DNA of 64,000 nt, from positions 5,801 to 69,800 of the IMG/VR virus record IMGVR_UViG_3300047494_000061; one strand, given 5' to 3'. Shown in pieces: positions 57,393 to 64,000 of this stretch (its first letter is position 1; each line of letters starts with the position of its first letter). A model generated the notes under the pieces. It searched no databases and was not told where the DNA came from. It was given only the letters and a program-made list of their open reading frames with translations. Source of the DNA: a virus. A program made the position numbers and the translations under genes.

Positions 57393-58536
57393 GCATGGCC
57401 TCGCTCATCAGAAACCTGGCGCGAATCGATTGAGTCAGCGGGTCCGTCACCTTCGACAATTCCTGATTCAAATGCTCCTCGAAGGGAATCGAAGAGGGGT
57501 TGCGAATGGTTCCTGAAAGCATCTTCATGCAATCTAAAAGGTGGTTGTCTTTGTCCTGCAAAGATTCGGACTGGCTTCTGGTCTGAAGCTGCCTCGCCGT
57601 CATCTGAACTCGCTTGGCGCGCCGCATCTCCCACACCAGATTTGGACAATCGTACGGATGAAGCCCTGGCTGCGGTCGATCGCTTGGATTCCTGCACACG
57701 ATCTTCAATCTGGGCGGCCGGCCGTTCGCGATTCCTCTCCAGTAATCCGAATGCATCCATTCCACGAAAGAGACATCCGAGCGGTTGCCGTCGTAGGCGC
57801 GCATCTTGTAGAAGCCGTTCTTGGCGTAGGTCTGGTAGACGTTGGTTGGCTTACCTTTATCCTGCACCTGGCTCTCATAGAAGATCGAAGGGTCAGCGAC
57901 AATCCAGCGCGCGCGATCTAGGTCGGGCATGGGGTCGACCGGAGCATCCAGTTCGTCGACAAGTTCCTCGCTTCCCGCTTTCAGCCGACCGCCGCGCATA
58001 ATCATCGCGCAGTTCTGTTCTACCGTGTTTGACCATCCATCACGCCTGTAGGAGTAGTATTCTCCGGCCAGAATGACCTCTGGGGGATTCTTTTTGCCGG
58101 TGGCGGGGTCAATGGTCGCTCGCGGGATGTAGGCCTTAAGAATGGCAGTGGCGTTAGTTACACCATGATCCATAGCTCCCACTACGTCCCACCGAGGATC
58201 TGGAAACCAGTGCGGATCAGAGATCACAATGATGTCGTAGAACTGACTGAGAACCCTCGCAAAGACTGCCTCGCCTCCTGTCGCGTTGGCGTCGATCTCC
58301 TGCTCGCGATTCCAGAGAGCCATCGATGGGTAGTCGGACTTCTCTCGCTTCTGCCACAATGCGCCTCTTTCTGTTGCAGGATCGCGCTCAGGGATGGCGC
58401 TGTAATGCAGGCGCATGATGGTTCTGCCACCCTTCTTGCGTCGGATCGTAACGCCGTGGATGACCTCGATGGGCGTCTGCTCGGGAACGTCGTCGAGTTT
58501 GGCTACGGCTTTTGCAAGAGGAGTCTCGTCGCTCAT
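57298..58536 (-). CDS. terminase large subunit, C-terminal RNase H-like nuclease part
   Basis: WNREQEID, GAMDHG, ADPS, DKDNHLLDCMKM. Confidence 0.75.
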   Translation of the reverse strand: MSDETPLAKAVAKLDDVPEQTPIEVIHGVTIRRKKGGRTIMRLHYSAIPERDPATERGALWQKREKSDYPSMALWNREQEIDANATGGEAVFARVLSQFYDIIVISDPHWFPDPRWDVVGAMDHGVTNATAILKAYIPRATIDPATGKKNPPEVILAGEYYSYRRDGWSNTVEQNCAMIMRGGRLKAGSEELVDELDAPVDPMPDLDRARWIVADPSIFYESQVQDKGKPTNVYQTYAKNGFYKMRAYDGNRSDVSFVEWMHSDYWRGIANGRPPRLKIVCRNPSDRPQPGLHPYDCPNLVWEMRRAKRVQMTARQLQTRSQSESLQDKDNHLLDCMKMLSGTIRNPSSIPFEEHLNQELSKVTDPLTQSIRARFLMSEAMLTGKIGLDGKPRKNGKSAPIVDLRRKSLAGR

Positions 58537-59105
58537 GTGCGCACCATTACAAACTTGTGTTTGGCGAACGAACCGACGCAGAGGGCCCCAAGCGCCAGCA
58601 TCTCAGCATGGGTGCGAGTCCTGCCGCCTGCTTTACGCGCGACCATTCGTCCGTCCACGACGTAGGTTCTTTCGGGCTTCGTTAACCCGCATGGCTTCCA
58701 ATTGTCTGCGAGGTAGATCGCTCCCGTGTGGCCTCGCCAAGTATCGGCGTAGGTAACAAGACAGGGCCAAAGTCGACGATCAATCAGTTTCCTGGATCGG
58801 CTCAATAGGAAGGTGCAAGCGTTGCGTGGAACCTCGGGCAATATTACCATTCGGGACAGGCAAATAACCCCGGTCCACCGCTCAGGAAATGTAGCTTCAG
58901 CCGCAGAGCGCGTAGGGGGAATCCACCACGCAATCCCTTGGCATTGTTCGTCGAAAATGTCGCCTTTACGGAAAAGTCCATGCAGGTAGGTGCGCGTATT
59001 GGATGCCCCTTTAGCGTAATGGTGTTCATTAACCATTCTGCGACCCACGGCGATGCTCACATCTCTAACTTCCCAATCATTCGCACGAAGGGACTCGTCG
59101 CTCAC
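58533..59105 (-). CDS. Mom-like (GNAT) DNA adenine modification protein
   Basis: EHHY, LSRMV, PRNACTFLLS, LVTYAD...GHTGAIY.A.NW are Mom-family signatures. Confidence 0.7.
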   Translation of the reverse strand: MSDESLRANDWEVRDVSIAVGRRMVNEHHYAKGASNTRTYLHGLFRKGDIFDEQCQGIAWWIPPTRSAAEATFPERWTGVICLSRMVILPEVPRNACTFLLSRSRKLIDRRLWPCLVTYADTWRGHTGAIYLADNWKPCGLTKPERTYVVDGRMVARKAGGRTRTHAEMLALGALCVGSFAKHKFVMVRT

Positions 59106-59869
59106 TGCGTTCCTCCCGAATCCACATCGGCGGTGAAGTCAAAGTACCAGCTCGGCGCCGCAGTCGAATTGAGCACGATCTTCTTCGCCGCCGACAATGC
59201 TTCCGCATAGGCATCCTTCGCTTCAGCTTGGAACGCCGTCTCATCCGAGAAATAGCCCCAAGGATGGTACGAGCGGATCTTGCCGGCTCCCGCAGGAATA
59301 CCGAAAATAACGCTCCCATTCGAAAATCGAAACTCATTCTTTGGCTGGTCTTCGGCCGGCTTCGGAAGTGGAAAGGCTTCTCGCAACCATTCTGGCTGAC
59401 TGCAATAAAGGCACTTCGCGTACTCGATCGGCAATTCGCCTTTTTCTGAGGTCATGGTTTGGACAACGACCTCTCGCTCAGGAACCAGCATGGATTGGAG
59501 AGTGAAGTATCCAACGATTCCCCAAGTGACCATCATGGTCCTGCTCTTTTCGATCAGCTTGACCTTTTCGGAGTCGTCCTCGATGTACTCCAGCAAGACT
59601 GGAAAGAAGGGCCACTTCGGGAACGGCAGGTATGCGCTGTTGAGCCCTTGTTCTTTCCAATGGGGATTGAAGGTTTTCGTGTGCTGCGTGAGCCATGTGT
59701 AGGTGCTGGATGTCGCTTCTCGAACGCGGCGAGACTGTTCTTTTTTGCCTGGGTCGGTGACATGGGAATCGACGCCCCTGGCACGATCCTGAGCCTCTTG
59801 CTCCTGCTCCAGAAGCATGGCGGCTCGGGCGGCGCGCCGAAGTTCTCGAAAGTCGATATGGTCGGACAA
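59102..59869 (-). CDS. terminase large subunit, N-terminal ATPase part
   Basis: LIEKSRTMMVTW (Walker A variant), FSDETAF (Walker B), NST coupling motif; TTG start after GGAG. Confidence 0.75.
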   Translation of the reverse strand: MSDHIDFRELRRAARAAMLLEQEQEAQDRARGVDSHVTDPGKKEQSRRVREATSSTYTWLTQHTKTFNPHWKEQGLNSAYLPFPKWPFFPVLLEYIEDDSEKVKLIEKSRTMMVTWGIVGYFTLQSMLVPEREVVVQTMTSEKGELPIEYAKCLYCSQPEWLREAFPLPKPAEDQPKNEFRFSNGSVIFGIPAGAGKIRSYHPWGYFSDETAFQAEAKDAYAEALSAAKKIVLNSTAAPSWYFDFTADVDSGGTQ

Positions 59870-59870
59870 A

Positions 59871-60380
59871 TCAATACTCCGGCACTGGATCGGGCGATCC
59901 GCCAGCAAGCATTCCGGCTTTGGTTCGTACCGAAGCGATGATTCCCTCAAGGTCCGCGCGAGTCTTGCCGCGCAATGGATCGTCGGTGGCTCCCAGCATT
60001 CCCAGCGTCTCGGCCAGCGTCCTCAGGGCTTTGACCTGGCCGTCGATGGTTCCTTTGGTCTGCGAAGGATCGAGTTGCGCGAGTTCCATCAGGCGCTCTT
60101 CGACGGCGCCGGGACTGATATCCACTTTGCGGAGTTGGCGAAGTTTCGATTTGGCGAGTTCGGCAACGAACTTGTCTTGGGCTTTTTGCATGAACAGGCG
60201 CGCTTCCGGCGAACGAAGGGTTTCTTTGACCTTTTCCAGTTCCCAGCCCAAAGTGAGAGCGGCATGTTCATCGCCGTATTCGGTCGCAATCAAAAGACAG
60301 GAGTATGTGTTCGCGTCCATCATGCAGGAGGCGAACTCGATCTCGTCCTCTTCTTTGCGGGTGCGTCGTCTAGTGGTCAT
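59871..60380 (-). CDS. terminase small subunit
   Basis: Helical; ISPGAVEERLMELA...QVKALRTLAETLGM pattern; upstream of terL. Confidence 0.65.
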   Translation of the reverse strand: MTTRRRTRKEEDEIEFASCMMDANTYSCLLIATEYGDEHAALTLGWELEKVKETLRSPEARLFMQKAQDKFVAELAKSKLRQLRKVDISPGAVEERLMELAQLDPSQTKGTIDGQVKALRTLAETLGMLGATDDPLRGKTRADLEGIIASVRTKAGMLAGGSPDPVPEY

Positions 60381-60381
60381 T

Positions 60382-63300
60382 TTATTGGTTCGCGGAGCGT
60401 CCTGCCGCTGCGTTCATTCTAGCCTGATGGATCTTCATTTTAGCCTGCTGGGTCATCTTAGCCTGAACCTCCTGCATCATTGGCTTCAGCATCGCCCGCT
60501 CTTCCGGGGTAGCGTACTTATTGTAAATCTCCGATTTTTCCGCATAGGTCAGGCCGCCATGCCCAGGCTGCATCTCGAAAATGCGCTTCAGGTACGGCAC
60601 GTCTTTGTTCTTGAGCGCCATGCGCGCTGAATGGACGGTCGGATGCTCCTTTGCCATTTCCCGCGCTTGGACTTCCTCCGGGGTCTGAGGTCCTTCGTGG
60701 ACATGCTGGTAGGCAATTGCCTTGTTCAAAGCCGCCGACCGGTCGAATGCCTTTGGGGTCCCGTTGCCTACGCCCAGGGCGCGGGTAATACGGCTTCCAG
60801 TGTCCTGCGATCCTTGCTTATCGACAAAGTTGGCTGCTGAGATGGGGGTGAAATCGTTCTTCAGGTTGTAGCCTGTGGCCTGCTCAATCTTCTTCCAGAT
60901 CGGGTCTTCGGGGTTGTAGACGTAGTTGCCGCGAAAGTCTCGATTTGTGATGAAGGTGTCGAAAAGTGAACTGACCGGAGCCGCAAGCGAACTGCTGACG
61001 TAGCCTTTCGGATTCAGGTAGGCGTGCTCGTAATCCCTAAAGTCGGTAGGGAAGGTGAACCGGTTCGGGTTGCCGTACTGATCTTCGCCGCCAGTTCTGA
61101 AGTGGGCGGCTTCGAGCGCAAGCGCTCCGGCTTCGGAGAGGCCGTTCTTCTTCTTGTCCTGCTCGGCCCACTCCCACGGCCACTTTCCCGTCAACAGCTT
61201 GCTCATAATCGTGCCGACCGCGACCATGATGATCGCAGCCGACAGGATACCGCCCTGATTGAGACCCAGCGCCGGCATGTTCGACAGGAAGCGATTGGCC
61301 CCAGGTCTTTGGCTTGCCCGATCTTCGCGGGACTCGAATGCTTCTTTTCCCGCGGTTACGGCTGTGGCTACCGTGCCGTATTTCCATCCCGGCGCCGTAA
61401 GCGCCAACTGCAGCGCCGCTTTGAACGTGTTGTTCCAGTACAGGCGCCCATAGTTGAACTCACCAAAGCGATTCTCGATCGTCGCAACGACTTGGCGCGC
61501 GATGGTGTCTTCCGTGATTGTGCCGTCGGCGAGCGCCTGGCTGTACTGATCAAGTTTGTCGGCGAGGAGCTTTTTTGCAAAAACCCACTTGGCACGCGAG
61601 ATGTAATGCGCGAATAGTGGGTAGACAATCCCCTGCGCCAGCCATGGAACGATCTTCACGACCGCAGGTCCGAGATGACCGGATTTCGCATCGGATATAA
61701 TCCTCGTAAATTGCGCCATGAACCCGTGCTCGGAAGAGTTGAAGTCCTGATTCAAGCCGTAGCGCAAGCCCGCCGCCCACAGAAGCGTGTCGAGATGCGG
61801 GTCGTCGGGATGCTGGTTTGCCCACTTCTGGCCTTCGGGCGTGGATAAATACTCGTCGGGGTTCTGGGCGTATTTCAACATCTTGCTACCTTCTGGGATA
61901 ACGCCAATCAGATTCCAGATGGCTTCAGGTAATTCTTTGAGTCCTGCCGCTATTTTTGCTGCATCCCCTTGGCGAACGCCTTGATTGTAGATTTTATCGA
62001 GAGCAACATTGAGCCCTGTCGCAAGGTTCCAGAAGCAGATCACCCCATAGTGAAAGACCGAGACTCCCAGTTTGACTTGGGTCGAGGCCGTCTTGATCGC
62101 CATTGCCGCACGACCGATATTGCTTTCGCGGATGTAGTCGTGGCTGAGGTAGTTCTCCAGGAGTCGAAGGTCGTCAGTATTTCCAACCCATCGTCCTGTC
62201 TGCTGGTAGAGTGTCCCACCCTCCTCCGTCTCGACAGGACGATACACCTTTCCGATGTTGTCGAATTTGCTGATGTCGCTCTCGCCGGGTTCCAACTTCT
62301 TACCGTTCCGCAGGAAGTGAACGATGCCAGCCTGTTTCATCTGGTGCATGGCGTACTGAGCGGCGACATACTTGGAGCCCTCCTGGATCCTGCGCAGGAC
62401 CATCCGAACAGGATTGCCGATCGGCTTTCCGCCCTCCTCGATGCCGCTTTTCAAGGTGTACTTCTGCTGTCGCTTGAAGTTCTTTCCTCCTTCGAAGGGT
62501 CTACGCCCGATTCGAGAAATACGGTCGAGCTCGGAGTCCTGCGGATCGCTTCCGGGCGCTTTCTCCCAACGGTTCGGGAAGTAGTCCGCCTTGTCCTGCA
62601 GTTCCACCTGTTTGCTCTTAGGACGGCCCAGGTTGGCCGCGATCTGCTCGGCCTCCCTTTGGTGCGTCAGAATCCCTTGAATGAGCTCCTGCGCCTTCTG
62701 TAGCTCGGGAGTGGCCTGTTTCCCGTAGTCCGGGTTGTCGGGATTCTGAATTCGGTCGACGAACTCAACCCAGTCCTCTTGCGGCATACCTTCGAACATC
62801 TTATCGACGCCTTCAAGGAGTTTTCCGGCGCGGAACATATCCATCTCGGGCCTGCCGGTGGCGCGACCCATGATGTCCAGCGCTTCGGTTGAGGCGAGAG
62901 ACGTCGGGAAGAACAGCGCGGCTACTTCTTTTCCTGCGCCTTTGGCTGTTTTGGCGATAGCTCCCGAGGCTGCGATAAGGTCTTCCATCGTTCCCTTGCC
63001 GAGTACGGAAGCGACGTGCGCTATGTCTTGTCCAGTCTTCTTGGCCAGAGGGCCGACCGCGCCGGTTCCGAGGAAGGAATAAGTGTTGCCGATTCCAGAA
63101 GCCTGCCTTGTTTTCAATGCGGCAGTTCCGGCTGGAGTCTTGCGGAAGTCGGGGCCGAGCGAGCCAGCGGTGTCCCTACGCTCTACCAGTCCACGCCGAA
63201 TGAGTGAAGCCATCGCGTTGTTGCGCTCTTTTAGATCGTCGAAGTCGTAGAGCAGGGATTCATCCGAAGTCCAGCCGTTCAACTTGGTAAGTATCTGGCG

Positions 63301-64000
63301 TTCCGTTGGCGTCAAATCTGTTGCTGGCTTCGCTTCAGTCTTATCGGGCTCAGAAGGAACGGACAGCCTGCTCTCGGCAGGACTCGTTTTCCCTTCTACT
63401 GTCATTGCTTTTTCATCGGACTCTCTTGCGGCATCGCTTTCGCTTGGCGTTGGGTAGAGAGCCGTTTTCTGCATGATGATCCTGAGAGCCTTTACTTCCT
63501 GCCCCTCTTTGATTTCCGCCCTCATCATGCCGCCGGAAGAAGCAAAGTCGTCTCCAACCACCGTGGACCGCAACGCAGGATCAAGAAAGAACTGTCCTCC
63601 AGCCGCTTTCGAGGCTTTCGTCTTGATGCTCCAGCCATAGGTTCCATGGTTGGTTACCTGGACTTCCCCGCCCGAACTGCCAAGATACTTTGCTTCGCGC
63701 TGCCCCGCGCTGTCGAGAAACGCTTTTGCTCCCTCTGGCGAACGCATCGCATAGGTCTGATCGACATCCTCTTTCACGTCGAACTTGGCTGGCAGCAAGA
63801 TTCCCTGACGAGTCGTGCCGTCCTCCATCGTGAAAGCGATGATCCTACCCTTTGTCTTGCCCTTTAGTTGGCCAAACGCGCTGACGACGTTGCCGGTGAT
63901 GATCTTGGCCTTCTGCCGGCCTGTCGCGTGATCTGCGAAGAGTTGCCGCACGTCGGCGTTCCTTCCCAGATTGTGCAGCACGATCCTGCGAAGTTCGGTT
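60382..64000 (-). CDS. C-terminal part of giant polyvalent/DarB-like virion protein; enters from right edge
   Basis: Open to the window end. IITGNVVSAF...GRIIAFTMEDGTTRQGILLP resembles the C-terminal extension of strawberry-notch-type helicase proteins; C-terminal NRDFRGNYVYNP resembles LPD38-type domains. Confidence 0.65.
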   Translation of the reverse strand, partial: TELRRIVLHNLGRNADVRQLFADHATGRQKAKIITGNVVSAFGQLKGKTKGRIIAFTMEDGTTRQGILLPAKFDVKEDVDQTYAMRSPEGAKAFLDSAGQREAKYLGSSGGEVQVTNHGTYGWSIKTKASKAAGGQFFLDPALRSTVVGDDFASSGGMMRAEIKEGQEVKALRIIMQKTALYPTPSESDAARESDEKAMTVEGKTSPAESRLSVPSEPDKTEAKPATDLTPTERQILTKLNGWTSDESLLYDFDDLKERNNAMASLIRRGLVERRDTAGSLGPDFRKTPAGTAALKTRQASGIGNTYSFLGTGAVGPLAKKTGQDIAHVASVLGKGTMEDLIAASGAIAKTAKGAGKEVAALFFPTSLASTEALDIMGRATGRPEMDMFRAGKLLEGVDKMFEGMPQEDWVEFVDRIQNPDNPDYGKQATPELQKAQELIQGILTHQREAEQIAANLGRPKSKQVELQDKADYFPNRWEKAPGSDPQDSELDRISRIGRRPFEGGKNFKRQQKYTLKSGIEEGGKPIGNPVRMVLRRIQEGSKYVAAQYAMHQMKQAGIVHFLRNGKKLEPGESDISKFDNIGKVYRPVETEEGGTLYQQTGRWVGNTDDLRLLENYLSHDYIRESNIGRAAMAIKTASTQVKLGVSVFHYGVICFWNLATGLNVALDKIYNQGVRQGDAAKIAAGLKELPEAIWNLIGVIPEGSKMLKYAQNPDEYLSTPEGQKWANQHPDDPHLDTLLWAAGLRYGLNQDFNSSEHGFMAQFTRIISDAKSGHLGPAVVKIVPWLAQGIVYPLFAHYISRAKWVFAKKLLADKLDQYSQALADGTITEDTIARQVVATIENRFGEFNYGRLYWNNTFKAALQLALTAPGWKYGTVATAVTAGKEAFESREDRASQRPGANRFLSNMPALGLNQGGILSAAIIMVAVGTIMSKLLTGKWPWEWAEQDKKKNGLSEAGALALEAAHFRTGGEDQYGNPNRFTFPTDFRDYEHAYLNPKGYVSSSLAAPVSSLFDTFITNRDFRGNYVYNPEDPIWKKIEQATGYNLKNDFTPISAANFVDKQGSQDTGSRITRALGVGNGTPKAFDRSAALNKAIAYQHVHEGPQTPEEVQAREMAKEHPTVHSARMALKNKDVPYLKRIFEMQPGHGGLTYAEKSEIYNKYATPEERAMLKPMMQEVQAKMTQQAKMKIHQARMNAAAGRSANQ

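Noticed and set aside
58533-59105. Group I intron or intein interrupting terL
   Set aside because: There is no non-coding flank for a ribozyme core, and the insert is a GNAT/Mom-like ORF with 4-nt overlaps rather than a homing endonuclease.
1-64000. Diversity-generating retroelement, integrase or alternative genetic code
   Set aside because: No reverse transcriptase, TR/VR pair or recombinase motifs were seen, and genes read intact in the standard code.

Overview
The window holds most of a GC-rich tailed dsDNA phage genome with podovirus-like architecture (no tape measure or sheath gene recognised). It is probably circular or circularly permuted, because one giant ejection/polyvalent-type gene appears to run off the left edge (1..2186) and re-enter at the right edge (60382..64000). 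The minus-strand late region (about 32.4 kb down to 1) encodes fibre/adhesin-like proteins, lysis genes, portal, scaffold, major capsid, adaptor/nozzle and ejection proteins. The plus-strand early/middle region (37-57 kb) encodes a recombinase-like protein, PD-(D/E)XK nuclease, Rad50/SbcC-like ATPase, DUF1376 initiator, DnaB, two DNA methyltransferases, GroES-GroEL and a PAPS-reductase-like protein. TerS and a TerL split in two around a Mom-like gene lie at 57-60 kb. Most notable: (1) several late fibre/decoration-like, Cys-rich proteins start with Sec-type signal peptides, suggesting periplasmic maturation of virion appendages; (2) the non-palindromic hexamer TCCTGY/RCAGGA looks strongly over-represented; (3) two distinct repeated promoter/operator motifs; (4) a split terminase with a repeat-flanked Mom-like insertion; (5) a complete groES-groEL pair. 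All functional calls come from motif recognition by eye; no database search was run.
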